From contig JAUVAX010000022.1 of assembly GCA_030591685.1 (NCBI GenBank), forward strand, positions 1 to 37,591: a stretch of 37,591 nt of DNA, read 5' to 3'. Positions 27,186 through 37,394 of this stretch are shown here, in pieces; position 1 is the stretch's first letter; every line of letters starts with the position of its first letter. Source of the DNA: Pseudobdellovibrionaceae bacterium (GTDB lineage Bacteria; Bdellovibrionota; Bdellovibrionia; Bdellovibrionales; UBA1609). The translations under genes were made by a program, and so were the position numbers. The notes under the pieces were generated by a model. It searched no databases. It worked only from the letters and a program-made list of their open reading frames with translations, and had not been told where the DNA came from.

Positions 27186-28316
27186 AAAATGATGTCATTT
27201 CAAATAGATAAAGAGCTAACTAAGCGACTCATATCCCTTAATGAGACGTTTTCAGAGAAAAATGCCCAACTAGCGGAGCTCTCTCAGCGAGACCGAGAAA
27301 TGATCCATAAATATGCTTGGGTCAGCACAGTGGGAGCATCTACGCGCATAGAAAATGCAATCCTGACTGACTCCGAGGTAAATTGGCTGGATTCAGTTTT
27401 GGACAGTGATGGGAAAAAAACAGCTTTTGAGGCTCACAGAGAGCAAATAAAAGACAAGCTCTCTAATGATAAGGAGCGAAGCTCTGAAGAGGTCGCTGGG
27501 TGTCGTACTGTATTACTATTAATATATGAACAGGCTAAAAGTTATTTGCCCCTAAGTGAGTCGACGATTAAGGGTCTTCATAGTGAGCTTCTTAGGAGTT
27601 ACTCTAAGCCAGTCCTTGTAAAAGGCGATTATAAAAATCATCCAAACTCGGTCATCGAAGAAAACCACAACACCGGTGAGAAAAAAACCGTTTTTAAAAC
27701 GGCTGACCCTGGAGTTGAGTCAGAAATGGCAATGAGAGATCTTGTAGCTTGGTACAATGAGGCCATTAACGAAGAGCCATGGACACTAGCAGTAGCTTGT
27801 GAATTTGTTTTTCGATTTTTAGCAATTCATCCATTTCAAGACGGCAATGGTCGACTTGGGAGGGCGCTTTTAATAATGTCACTACTTCAGGCCTCGAATG
27901 AAAAATTAGCCAACGTAACTTACTATATGGCTATTGACCGTCATATTGAAAGGCATAAAGAGGAGTACTACATAGTATTGAACCAATGTTCTAACGGAGA
28001 GTTTTCAGCTGATTCTAATAAGTATAAAATTGAATATTTTCTGAATTTTATGATTAAAGTTTTAGAATCTTCTTTAAATGATATTGATTTTTATATTAAA
28101 CGGACAAAGTCCTATAAAAAGTTACCCGAGTCAGCGATAAAAGTTCTAGAGTGTTTTAATGAAATGCCAGAGGTTCGTTTGAAGCCAAAAAATATTCGAG
28201 AGGCAACTAATCTCCCCACTCGAACGGTGGCAAATGCTCTTCAAACTCTTTTAAAAACTGAATTTATCCAGCGCTACGGGCAGGGGTCGGCAACAAATTA
28301 TCAAATTTTATTTTGA
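27168..28316 (+). CDS. fic: Fic (AMPylase) protein, class II, with C-terminal winged HTH
   Basis: HPFQDGNGRLGR catalytic motif; N-terminal inhibitory STRIEN; C-terminal HTH. True start possibly ATG 27189 or 27192. Confidence 0.93.
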   Translation: MICHDLKMMSFQIDKELTKRLISLNETFSEKNAQLAELSQRDREMIHKYAWVSTVGASTRIENAILTDSEVNWLDSVLDSDGKKTAFEAHREQIKDKLSNDKERSSEEVAGCRTVLLLIYEQAKSYLPLSESTIKGLHSELLRSYSKPVLVKGDYKNHPNSVIEENHNTGEKKTVFKTADPGVESEMAMRDLVAWYNEAINEEPWTLAVACEFVFRFLAIHPFQDGNGRLGRALLIMSLLQASNEKLANVTYYMAIDRHIERHKEEYYIVLNQCSNGEFSADSNKYKIEYFLNFMIKVLESSLNDIDFYIKRTKSYKKLPESAIKVLECFNEMPEVRLKPKNIREATNLPTRTVANALQTLLKTEFIQRYGQGSATNYQILF

Positions 28317-28413
28317 AAAAAAGAGGGGCCGAAAAAAGAGCAACGGAAATGCTAATTTATCTAATCAGTTTTAAAATGATCTTTTCTGTGTAATTTCAGT
28401 TACTAGGGTTAAA

Positions 28414-28490
28414 TGGTGATGGCGGCACGACTCGAACGTGCGACCGTCTGCTTAGAAGGCAGATGCTCTATCCAACTGAGCTACGCCACC
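28414..28490 (-). tRNA. tRNA-Arg(TCT)
   Basis: GGTGGCG acceptor, TCTGC-CTTCTAA-GCAGA anticodon arm, GTTCGAGTC T loop, CCA. Confidence 0.97.
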
Positions 28491-28606
28491 ACAATGGTCA
28501 ATTTCAATGAAAGAATATTTTTACGAAACTTAAACCTGTTAGTCAAAAGTTAATCGGGTTGAGTTTAAAAGACTATCGATGCCTCGCATCAATAGGGGCT
28601 CAGTAC

Positions 28607-29944
28607 TTAATCCACCTTTTTTTTATGGGGTATGAGTTTAAACACAAGCACCCCAAGGAGGGCAGTAAAGACTGAGGCCGATAAGATGCCTGTTTTGGAG
28701 TAAGTCTCAAGCTCCGGTGCGAGGGCGAGGTTGCTTATAAATAAAGCCATTGTAAACCCAATACCCGCAAGCAAACTGGCTGAAAACATATGAGCCCATG
28801 TTACACTTTTGGGGAGCTCGGCTATTTTTAATTTGCAAGCTATCCATGAAAAAAACATAACCCCGATGGGTTTACCAAGCAGTAGCCCAAAAATAATCCC
28901 CAGCGTAATGTTATTAGCAAACACTATATTAATTTCAGAAAACTCTAGGTGAACCCCTGCATTAACAAAAGCAAAAACAGGCATAATCACATAACTCACC
29001 CAGGGGTGCAGAAAGTGAATGATTCGCTCTAAGGGGGATTTACCCTCGATGGCCACTTGTTTGATTTCATCGATTTTATACAGAGCTGTCTTGTTTAAAG
29101 AGGTCTCGTCACTTTCGCCACTAAGCATATTTGAAAGGTCTTTTGCAAATAGGGTCATTTTTTCACTCATGGATTTCTTTTTTTGATAGGCATCAAGAGG
29201 GGTCATAAGGCCCAAAATCACACCGGCAATGGTGGCATGTACGCCGCTTTTTAAAACAGCAAACCAGGCGGCAAAACCTAAAATGGTATAAACAAGTAAG
29301 TTTCGAATGCCTGAATACCTAAAGAGCGTAATAATAGCAAAAATAATAGCCGCGGCCCCAAGCGCACCTTGTGAAATATCGGCTGTGTAAAAAAATGCGA
29401 TAACAAGCACAGCCCCTAAGTCATCAACAATAGCCAGGGCGAGTAAAAAGACTTTAAGGGCAAAAGGTACTCGCTTACCGAGCATGGTGAGTACGCCCAC
29501 AGCAAAGGCTATGTCTGTGGCCATGGGGATCCCCCAGCCGGCAACCCCCTCACTGGTTGTGTCGTTAAAGTAAAGATATATTAACGCCGGAGCCACCATG
29601 CCCCCGATTGCTGCAAATATAGGTAGGGCGGCTTTTTTTGGTGAAGAGAGCTCCCCTTGAAAGAGTTCTGATTTAATCTCAAGCCCAACAACAAAAAAGA
29701 AAATCACCATAAGGCCATCGTTAACCCAGTGAACTAAGGACTTTTCAATAGAAAACTCTCCGAAGCTAACGCCAATGGGCATATGTATAAAATGATTATA
29801 AGATTCGTGAAAAGGTGAGTTAGCTAAATACATAGCAATAAAGGTACTGATTAAGAGTAAAATACCACTTGCTGACTCTAGGGCCAGAAAGTTCTCCATG
29901 GGGCTGACTATGTTTTTAATGACTCGTTCGGCTCGTTTTTTCAC
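28607..29944 (-). CDS. nhaA: Na+/H+ antiporter NhaA
   Basis: WVNDGLM.IFFF.VGLE.K, GWGIPMATDIAF, LAIVDDLGA, SGVHAT and GIGFTM. Confidence 0.96.
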   Translation of the reverse strand: MKKRAERVIKNIVSPMENFLALESASGILLLISTFIAMYLANSPFHESYNHFIHMPIGVSFGEFSIEKSLVHWVNDGLMVIFFFVVGLEIKSELFQGELSSPKKAALPIFAAIGGMVAPALIYLYFNDTTSEGVAGWGIPMATDIAFAVGVLTMLGKRVPFALKVFLLALAIVDDLGAVLVIAFFYTADISQGALGAAAIIFAIITLFRYSGIRNLLVYTILGFAAWFAVLKSGVHATIAGVILGLMTPLDAYQKKKSMSEKMTLFAKDLSNMLSGESDETSLNKTALYKIDEIKQVAIEGKSPLERIIHFLHPWVSYVIMPVFAFVNAGVHLEFSEINIVFANNITLGIIFGLLLGKPIGVMFFSWIACKLKIAELPKSVTWAHMFSASLLAGIGFTMALFISNLALAPELETYSKTGILSASVFTALLGVLVFKLIPHKKKVD

Positions 29945-29978
29945 GCGTTGTTTGCCCTTTGTTAAGTAATATTTATGG

Positions 29979-31007
29979 CTATTTAAAACCTTTTAGTATT
30001 TCTGTTAAGTGCTTTGGGTCTGGTTGCATTTGGTCTGTTGGTAAATGAGCCAGAGGTGTGTCGCTTAAATTTAAATGGTCTAAAACATTTTTTTGGTTTT
30101 CGTTGATATAAAAAATGCCAGTGAGTATTTGCCCGCTGTCGCGTGTTTCTATAAGAGTTTTTATGGTTTCTTCGCGATTAAAAACATCGTGACCTTTTTT
30201 GATTTTTTTTAGCGTTAAAGTAGAGCCGTCGGGCATTTTAACCTGGGTGGTCTCGCCCTCATTGTAGTCTACTTTAATGTCTTCAGAGGGTTCAACAAGA
30301 CCGATTTGGTGAAGGGGGCTGAGGTGCTCTTTGACATAGGTAAAAGACTTTGTAGAGCCCTCATTGTTGGCATAGGTCACACACGGTGAAATAATATCTA
30401 TCACAGCCGTACCCTTATGCTTCATAGCTGCCAGTAAAATTTGAGTGAGTTGTTTATTGTCGCCCGAAAAGCTTCGGGCCACAAAGCCACACCCTAAATC
30501 TAAAGCCATTGAGCACAGGTCGATGGTTTCAAAGGGGCTTTTGTCCCCTGACTTAATTTTAGACCCCTTGTCGGCTGTGGCCGAAAACTGACCCTTTGTG
30601 AGCCCGTAAACCCCATTATTTTCAATAACATAGAGCATCGGCAGGTTGCGCCGAATGAGGTGTATAAAGCCCCCGATGCCTATGCTGGCCGTGTCTCCGT
30701 CACCAGAAATACCTAAGGTATATAGGTCTTTATTGGTAATTTTGGCTCCCGTGGCCACAGGGGCCATGCGCCCGTGCATAGAGTTAAATGAATGAGAAGA
30801 GTTTAAAAAATAAGCCGGGGTTTTAGAAGAACAACCAATACCACTGACCTTCGCCACTTTATAAGGGTTTATTTGAGATAAAAATAAAGCGTTTGTAAGA
30901 ACTGCTGTAATGCTATTGTGCCCGCAGCCGGTACAAAGGGTGGTTTTAGCGCCAAGGTAATCTTTTTTAGTCAGTCCAAAGGCGTTTACGTTTTTAGATT
31001 CACTCAC
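29979..31007 (-). CDS. korB: 2-oxoacid:ferredoxin oxidoreductase beta subunit
   Basis: LCTGCGH, SGIGCSSK, HGR, SGDGD...NNGVYGLTKGQFS and SPCVT; substrate not determinable. Confidence 0.92.
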   Translation of the reverse strand: MSESKNVNAFGLTKKDYLGAKTTLCTGCGHNSITAVLTNALFLSQINPYKVAKVSGIGCSSKTPAYFLNSSHSFNSMHGRMAPVATGAKITNKDLYTLGISGDGDTASIGIGGFIHLIRRNLPMLYVIENNGVYGLTKGQFSATADKGSKIKSGDKSPFETIDLCSMALDLGCGFVARSFSGDNKQLTQILLAAMKHKGTAVIDIISPCVTYANNEGSTKSFTYVKEHLSPLHQIGLVEPSEDIKVDYNEGETTQVKMPDGSTLTLKKIKKGHDVFNREETIKTLIETRDSGQILTGIFYINENQKNVLDHLNLSDTPLAHLPTDQMQPDPKHLTEILKGFK

Positions 31008-32806
31008 GATAAGCCCCCTTCAATTGAAAGTATTTTTTTTGTAACAAACTCAGCACTAATGGACTGTCCATTGTAATTAAGTACTGAGTGAACTTTATCA
31101 TAAAACTGAGGGTACTTATTTAAGAGCAGTTGCTTTAATTGGGCATCTCTATTTTGCTCAATTAAATATATGCGGTCGTTTTTTTGTAGGTAATCTAAAA
31201 CCTCATCAGTAAAAGGCAGGGCACGCACCCGTAAGTAGTTAGTTGAAATATTTTGAGCCTGTAATAAGCTTTGGGCTTCTTGTATGCAAGAGTCAGTAGA
31301 GCCGTAAGCGATGAGCCCGGTTTTTATTTTATCATTTTGTTGCACAAGGGGTTTGGGGACATATTTTTTTGCTGTTTCATATTTAAGTTTTAATCGGTCA
31401 AGGGTGTGCTCGTAAACCTCGGGGCTTTCGGAGTATTGGGCGCTCTCATCATGCCCTGTGCCTCTGGTAAAATAAGCGGCTTGTTTGTGTTCAGTGCCGG
31501 GGAGTGTGCGGTAGGGTATGCTATCGCCATCCAGGTCTTTGTAGCGGTTAAACTCACCACGCTCGTTAAGCGCTTGAGAGTTAAGGACTTTACCTCGGTC
31601 AAATTTTTGCTCTAAAGGCTTTAGCTCGTCTGTGCACCAAAAATTCATCCCTAGGTCTAAATCACTTAAAACAATAATTAAGGTTTGCAAGCGTTCAGCT
31701 AAATCAAAACACGTTTGGGCAAATTCAAAACACTCTTTGGGGTTTGCAGGCAAGAGCAGCACGTGCTCTGTGTCGCCATGGGAGAGGTGGGCGGCAAATA
31801 GTACATCCGACTGCTGAGTACGAGTGGGCAAACCTGTTGAGGGGCCCCCTCTTTGTACATCCCATATAACAGCCGGGATTTCGGCAAAGTAACTATACCC
31901 CGCCGCCTCGCTCATTAAAGATAACCCCGGGCCACTGGTGCAGGTCACAGCACGGCCTCCGGCCCAGCCAGAGCCAAGCACCATAGAAAGAGCTGATATT
32001 TCATCTTCGGCCTGTACGACAGCAAAATTATTTTGAGCGTCTTTATTAACCCTTAACTGTTTGGCATAAAAATCAAAACCCTCAGCAATACTGCTGCTGG
32101 GGGTAATGGGGTACCAAGACATAAAGTTGCAGCCCCCATATACAAGCCCCAAACTAGTGGCCGTGTTGCCATCAATAAGTATTTTGCCATCGTTGCCACC
32201 AGTTATGGCTTTTACTTTAAAATCAAAATTACTTTTAATAGAGCTTAAATGTTCTTTGGCGTACTGCACCCCTATGCGAAACGCCTTAATATTAGGGGGC
32301 GCAACGCTGGGTTTTGATTTAAATTGGTCGCCAATTACGGCCTCAACAGTTTTAAAATCCAGGCCAATAAGCTCAGATAAAACGCCGACGTAAATAATAT
32401 TAATAAGCAGCTTTCTTAGCTTTGCCGAGTCTGAGGCCTCTCTCGCCAGCTCAGTAAAGGGCACTGCTATATTAAGGGCTTCGCTATTAAGTAAGGTTTT
32501 ATCAAATTTAAAAGAGTCATTGTAGATAAACACGCTGCCTGGTTTTGTTTTAGCTATATCTTTAGCAAAAGTAACAGGGTTCAGGCTAAGTATAATGTTA
32601 TAGTTTAACGAGTTTGATAAAAAACCATCAGGATTAACCCTAATGGTAAACCAAGTGGGCAGGCCTTGAATGTTTGAGGGGAACAAGTTTTTACCCGACA
32701 CCTTAAGCCCTAAACGAAATAAGCTTTTAACCAAAATATTATTGGCAGACTGGCTGCCACTGCCGTTTTCAGTAGCAATATGCAGGGTAAAGTTATTCGT
32801 CGCCAC
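31004..32806 (-). CDS. korA: 2-oxoacid:ferredoxin oxidoreductase alpha subunit (fused gamma domain)
   Basis: ENGSGSQSAN, WYPITPS, QAEDE, TSGPG and QRGGPSTGLPTR; 4-bp overlap with beta. Confidence 0.93.
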   Translation of the reverse strand: MATNNFTLHIATENGSGSQSANNILVKSLFRLGLKVSGKNLFPSNIQGLPTWFTIRVNPDGFLSNSLNYNIILSLNPVTFAKDIAKTKPGSVFIYNDSFKFDKTLLNSEALNIAVPFTELAREASDSAKLRKLLINIIYVGVLSELIGLDFKTVEAVIGDQFKSKPSVAPPNIKAFRIGVQYAKEHLSSIKSNFDFKVKAITGGNDGKILIDGNTATSLGLVYGGCNFMSWYPITPSSSIAEGFDFYAKQLRVNKDAQNNFAVVQAEDEISALSMVLGSGWAGGRAVTCTSGPGLSLMSEAAGYSYFAEIPAVIWDVQRGGPSTGLPTRTQQSDVLFAAHLSHGDTEHVLLLPANPKECFEFAQTCFDLAERLQTLIIVLSDLDLGMNFWCTDELKPLEQKFDRGKVLNSQALNERGEFNRYKDLDGDSIPYRTLPGTEHKQAAYFTRGTGHDESAQYSESPEVYEHTLDRLKLKYETAKKYVPKPLVQQNDKIKTGLIAYGSTDSCIQEAQSLLQAQNISTNYLRVRALPFTDEVLDYLQKNDRIYLIEQNRDAQLKQLLLNKYPQFYDKVHSVLNYNGQSISAEFVTKKILSIEGGLS

Positions 32807-32948
32807 TAAAGCACCACCTGTTGGCTCAAGCCAATCTTAGAGGGAGGGGTTAACTGAGTCATAAAATATATTTTTACCATGAAATGTATGAAAAATCGCT
32901 TATTCCCTATATGCGTTGAGCGCTGCATCTATTGAGTGTTTTTAAGCC

Positions 32949-33680
32949 TTATGCCTCGTCAACAAGCGGCTTATAAGCGTTGGGGTTAATTTGTGTGACC
33001 CACTCCCTGTAGTTTTTATCAACCTCTGCTATGTCAGCAGGGGGTTGCACAGGGCCCACATGAACAATCAGCTTACCTGGGCGCGGAAAGCTGCCCTTTG
33101 GCATAAGCTCTGAATTGCCCTCTAGGTACAAAAACAAAATAGGGGTGTTTGTTTTTTTACTAAAAATACTGACACCTCTTTTAAAACGGTGGATGTAGCC
33201 GTCTTTAGAGCGGGCCCCTTCGGGGAATAAAATCATCCATACGCGGTCTAGCCGAGTGAGCAGGGTTATGCATAATTTAACGGCCTCGCCAGTTTTATCT
33301 TTACGATCAATGGGGATGGCCCCTAGGCAATGCTTTGAAAAAAAGGTGAAAACTGGGTTTTTAAACCAGTAATCTTTGGCAGCAGCCATGTATAAGTCAG
33401 TCCAAGAGCTAAACGATATAGCCGCGGCAATAGAGACCGCATCAAGGTGGCTGGCGTGATTAGATATAATCAAAAGCTTAGGGTTGTCTTTAAGTACTTT
33501 TTTTAGGCTGCCGACCACTTTAAGCCGTATATAAAAGCGAAATAAAAGCTTTAAAAAAATAGCCCACAAAACTCTAAAAAACCAACTAGTAAAGTCAAAT
33601 TGACGGGTAAATAAGGGGAGGTGCTTTAAGTGCCCCGGTAGGTTAAACCATTGTTCGTTTTCGTAGTCCCATTTGTCCAC
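32949..33680 (-). CDS. lysophospholipid acyltransferase (PlsC-like)
   Basis: SNHASHLD, AAKDYWF and FPEGARS. Confidence 0.92.
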   Translation of the reverse strand: MDKWDYENEQWFNLPGHLKHLPLFTRQFDFTSWFFRVLWAIFLKLLFRFYIRLKVVGSLKKVLKDNPKLLIISNHASHLDAVSIAAAISFSSWTDLYMAAAKDYWFKNPVFTFFSKHCLGAIPIDRKDKTGEAVKLCITLLTRLDRVWMILFPEGARSKDGYIHRFKRGVSIFSKKTNTPILFLYLEGNSELMPKGSFPRPGKLIVHVGPVQPPADIAEVDKNYREWVTQINPNAYKPLVDEA

Positions 33681-34616
33681 TTAAGAGGGCCTCTGCTCTA
33701 AGTATAAAAATATGTAATAAAAAACAGGGGCAATAAAAATTATTTTATTTAAGCGGTCAATAACATCCCCTCGGCCAATAATAAATATACCCGTGTTTTT
33801 AAGCCCCAGGTCTCTTCGAACAACGGCTATTATAAGATTACCTAAATGCCCCACAATGGCCACTGTGAGGGCGGCCGTAAGCCAATAAGTATCAGAGCGA
33901 TTAGGCAGCAGGTGGCGCAAGGCCCATGCCACAAGAATGGTGAGGGCTGTAGAGGCTAAAACACCCTCAATGCTCACCCGGCTAGTGATTTTATTAAAAA
34001 GCTTATGCTTGCCAAAAAGGATGGTGATAATATGAGAGGAGTTCTCACTGATCTCTGCAAGTATGTATATGTACATGACAATATAAACACCGTTATCAAA
34101 CTGCAGGATGCGGCCCATGTGTAAAAACGACCAGCCAAAAAATATAAAACCCATAAGTGAAAGCGACATGTACTGAATCATCGAACTAGCAGAGTTTCTA
34201 ATGAGGGGGATTAACAGTATAGACCCTAAAAAAATCATAGGTACCACATCAAAGTACTGCGTATTTTTTGTGTGTATTAACCCGCCAGCAATGAATATAA
34301 ATATATAAGTCGCCCAAATAAACCAACTGCGGTGATACATGCCCACCATTTGGTAATAGGTTTTACAGGCATAAATGCTCAGTAAGATTAAAAATATAAG
34401 CTGCCAGGGCTCTTTAAAGGCAAAAATAACAAAGACAAATGGGGCAAAAAAAATCCAACTCTTTAGGCTCGCCCAAATGGCTGTTGTTTGTGTGTTTTTA
34501 TCTTTAAAAAAATAAGTGGTCGCTGAAACTAATATTAAAAACACAACAATGGCAGCTGCTGTTTCTCGGTAGAGAGGCTCTATCCATAGGGAGTCTTTAA
34601 ACATTATACTTTCCAA
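33681..34616 (-). CDS. phosphatidate cytidylyltransferase-like membrane protein with divergent motifs
   Basis: Multi-TM; FGKHKL, RRDLGLK..G..I.GRG...DRL; start possibly 34604. Confidence 0.8.
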   Translation of the reverse strand: MESIMFKDSLWIEPLYRETAAAIVVFLILVSATTYFFKDKNTQTTAIWASLKSWIFFAPFVFVIFAFKEPWQLIFLILLSIYACKTYYQMVGMYHRSWFIWATYIFIFIAGGLIHTKNTQYFDVVPMIFLGSILLIPLIRNSASSMIQYMSLSLMGFIFFGWSFLHMGRILQFDNGVYIVMYIYILAEISENSSHIITILFGKHKLFNKITSRVSIEGVLASTALTILVAWALRHLLPNRSDTYWLTAALTVAIVGHLGNLIIAVVRRDLGLKNTGIFIIGRGDVIDRLNKIIFIAPVFYYIFLYLEQRPS

Positions 34617-35935
34617 TCGATTTGGTAGTCTTTAACTTTTTTATAGAGGCTTGATCGGGAGATTTTAAGTAATTCACACGCAGGGTCAACATCTTTATAC
34701 TTTAATAGGCAGGCCTTAATGGTCGCTTTTTCAAAATCTTTTATTAACTCAGCGAGTCCTATAGAAAAATCAAGGCTTTTTGTGCTTGCGGTAAAATTAG
34801 AGGGGGCAATAAGGGCGGTCACATCCTCGGGTCTAATAAGGGGCAGAGGGGATTGAACAAGGAGCTGTTCGCAAATTCGCTTAAGCTCTCGGACGTTGCC
34901 GGGCCAATTGTGGGCCTTTAGGCACGAGGTGGCCTCAGGGGTGAGTTGCTTTTTTCGAACAGAGTCATGACTTAAAAAGTACTCGGCTAGAGTTTTAACA
35001 TCATCAGCACGTTCTCTAAGCGGGGGCAGGTGGATGCTTTTACCACGGATGCGCCAAAGTAAATCCTCTCTAAACGCCTCATTTTTGACCATCTCGTCTA
35101 GGTCTCGATTGGTGGCTACGAGTACACGGGTGTCTACAGTGATAGACTCATGGGAGCCCACTCGCCTGACCTCTCCTGAGTCTAAAAATCTTAAGAGCTT
35201 CACCTGCATAGGCGGGCTGAGGGCTTCGATTTCATCTAAAAACAAATCACCACCATGGGCCGCCTCAGCAAGGCCCATTTTATTTTGGTCGGCCCCCGTA
35301 AAGGCTCCATTTACGTGGCCAAAAAATTCGGATTCAAATAAACTCTCAGAAATAGCGGCAATGTTAACGCTTATAAAAGGGCGCTCCCCCTCTTGGTTGT
35401 GTAAAAGGTTTGCTAGGATCTCTTTACCCGCACCAGACTCGCCTTCAATTAAAATAGGCCCGTGCTCACCTTTAAGGGCCGCCACTTGCTTTTTTATGTC
35501 GTTTATTTGTGAGCTGTTGCCAATAAGTGGTTGAGTTTTCAATTGAGAACGCGAAGAGGCCTCGTGTAAAAGCAGCAGGGCCTCTACTTTACCTAAAGTC
35601 AGCTGTAGCTCGTCGAGGTTTAGGGGCTTGGCTAAAAAACGAGAGGCTCCGGCTTTGAGGCACTTTTCCATAAGGTTACGATTGAGGTCGCCACTCATGG
35701 CGACAATTTCTAAGTGGGGGTCTTTTTGTCGAAGGGCTTTTATGGCCTCGACACCCTCTTCAATTTTAAGGTTACCGGTTAAATGAATATCTACAAAGGC
35801 GGCATGAAATTTACTTACAGGCACATCCGCAAGGCTGTTAACCCCCGTAAGTCGCCATTGGCCCTCAATGGCCATGCGTATGGATTGTAAAACAAGGTCG
35901 TCATCATCAATGGCAAGTAAGTTAAATTGTGACAA
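34604..35935 (-). CDS. sigma54-dependent response regulator (NtrC family)
   Basis: Receiver (IDDD, VD, FLAKP), AAA+ (GESGAGKE, GAFTGA, FLDEI, WPGNVREL) and Fis HTH. Confidence 0.95.
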   Translation of the reverse strand: MSQFNLLAIDDDDLVLQSIRMAIEGQWRLTGVNSLADVPVSKFHAAFVDIHLTGNLKIEEGVEAIKALRQKDPHLEIVAMSGDLNRNLMEKCLKAGASRFLAKPLNLDELQLTLGKVEALLLLHEASSRSQLKTQPLIGNSSQINDIKKQVAALKGEHGPILIEGESGAGKEILANLLHNQEGERPFISVNIAAISESLFESEFFGHVNGAFTGADQNKMGLAEAAHGGDLFLDEIEALSPPMQVKLLRFLDSGEVRRVGSHESITVDTRVLVATNRDLDEMVKNEAFREDLLWRIRGKSIHLPPLRERADDVKTLAEYFLSHDSVRKKQLTPEATSCLKAHNWPGNVRELKRICEQLLVQSPLPLIRPEDVTALIAPSNFTASTKSLDFSIGLAELIKDFEKATIKACLLKYKDVDPACELLKISRSSLYKKVKDYQIDWKV

Positions 35936-36166
35936 TTAAGGGGCCCTTCTTATTTGAATTAAAAAACAATGCTTAAGGTGTAGCTTATATGGGGGCTGGC
36001 GGTTTACGAAGAGCTTTTTTTTTAAAAGTGGGCTTCGACGCGTTATAAATAGATTGTTTCATGATATTTAAAAAGTTAACTTAAACCAGGGTATTCACTG
36101 GCTTCTCTCTTTTTGTTAAGTACCCCGTGAGTAAAGCCATACTCGTGTTTTAAACTGGAGAACTTT

Positions 36167-37384
36167 ATGACTGTCGGCATACACAAGACCCCCCGAATTT
36201 TGCTTCTTGAAGGTATACACCCCATAGCTGTAGATGATTTAAAATCAAATGGCTTTAATGTGGAGCGATTAGAAACCGCCCTGTTAGAAGAAGAGCTTAT
36301 TGAAAAATTAAAAAACTTTGATGCCGTTGGTATACGATCTAAAACTCAGATTACAAAAAATGTGATTAAAAATAGCCCCCATTTATTAGGCATTGGTTGT
36401 TTTTGTATTGGCACCAACCAGGTCGATTTAGAAGAGGCCAATTTAAACGGCATCCCGGTGTTTAACGCCCCTTACTCTAATACAAGGAGTGTGGCTGAGC
36501 TTGTGATTGCTGAGATGATTTGCCTCTCTCGGCAGGTGTGTGACCGGTCTATTTTAGCTCATAGTGGGGAGTGGCAAAAATCAGCTAAGGGCTCAAAAGA
36601 AGTTCGAGGCAAAACATTAGGGATTATCGGTTACGGGCACATCGGCAGCCAAGTGAGCGTGTTGGCTGAAAGCATGGGGTTGAATGTTATATTTTTTGAC
36701 GTTGTTAAAAAATTACCCCTAGGTAATGCGACGAGCATAAATACAATAACTGAAGTTTTAAAACGCTCTGACTTTGTCACGTTACATGTACCAGAAACCC
36801 CTGAGACACAAAACATGATTACGGCCTCAGAGCTTAAAATAATGAAGCATTCATCTTTTTTAATTAACGCCAGCCGCGGTACGGTTGTAGACATCCCAGC
36901 CCTTAGAGAGAGCCTGTCCTCAGGCCACCTGGCGGGGGCGGCCGTAGATGTATACCCTGTCGAGCCGAGTTCGAACAAAGAAAGTTTTACCTCGGAGCTA
37001 CAGGGGGCAAAAAACGTAATACTCACCCCTCATATTGGGGGCAGCACTGAAGAGGCGCAAGAGTCCATCGGGGGCGAAGTGGCTGAGAGTTTTAAAAAGT
37101 TTTTTAATCGTGGCACCAGTGCGGGGGCTGTGAACTTTCCGCAACTTGAGCTGCCGGCATTTAGTGACTGCTTAAGGATTTTAAACATACATAAAAACGT
37201 CCCAGGAGTGTTGAGCGAAATAAACGGGCTCGTTTCGGCAACAGGGGCGAATATTAAATCTCAACACCTCTCTACTGATTCAAACATAGGGTACCTAGTT
37301 CTTGATATTGAGCACGACCAGACCTTGAGTTTAGCAAAACAAATCGACGCTCTTGAGACCTCTATAAAAACAAGAGTCATTTAA
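36167..37384 (+). CDS. serA: D-3-phosphoglycerate dehydrogenase (E. coli type, with ACT domain)
   Basis: GIRSKT, GCFCIGTNQVD, FNAPYSNTRSVAE, TPHIGGSTEEAQ and H.NVPGVL; SD GGAG. Confidence 0.96.
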   Translation: MTVGIHKTPRILLLEGIHPIAVDDLKSNGFNVERLETALLEEELIEKLKNFDAVGIRSKTQITKNVIKNSPHLLGIGCFCIGTNQVDLEEANLNGIPVFNAPYSNTRSVAELVIAEMICLSRQVCDRSILAHSGEWQKSAKGSKEVRGKTLGIIGYGHIGSQVSVLAESMGLNVIFFDVVKKLPLGNATSINTITEVLKRSDFVTLHVPETPETQNMITASELKIMKHSSFLINASRGTVVDIPALRESLSSGHLAGAAVDVYPVEPSSNKESFTSELQGAKNVILTPHIGGSTEEAQESIGGEVAESFKKFFNRGTSAGAVNFPQLELPAFSDCLRILNIHKNVPGVLSEINGLVSATGANIKSQHLSTDSNIGYLVLDIEHDQTLSLAKQIDALETSIKTRVI

Positions 37385-37394
37385 GGCCTTGTTT

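Noticed and set aside
32806..32862. 18-codon upstream ORF whose TAG overlaps the korA GTG
   Set aside because: No SD of its own, and korA has a usable AGGTGG; likely chance
23660..37026. Short antisense or alternative-frame ORFs inside the rod protein, korA, the NtrC regulator and serA (likewise those inside the peptidase, cbs, hprA, slyD, porin, methyltransferase and amidase genes)
   Set aside because: Nested in confident genes and lacking independent evidence
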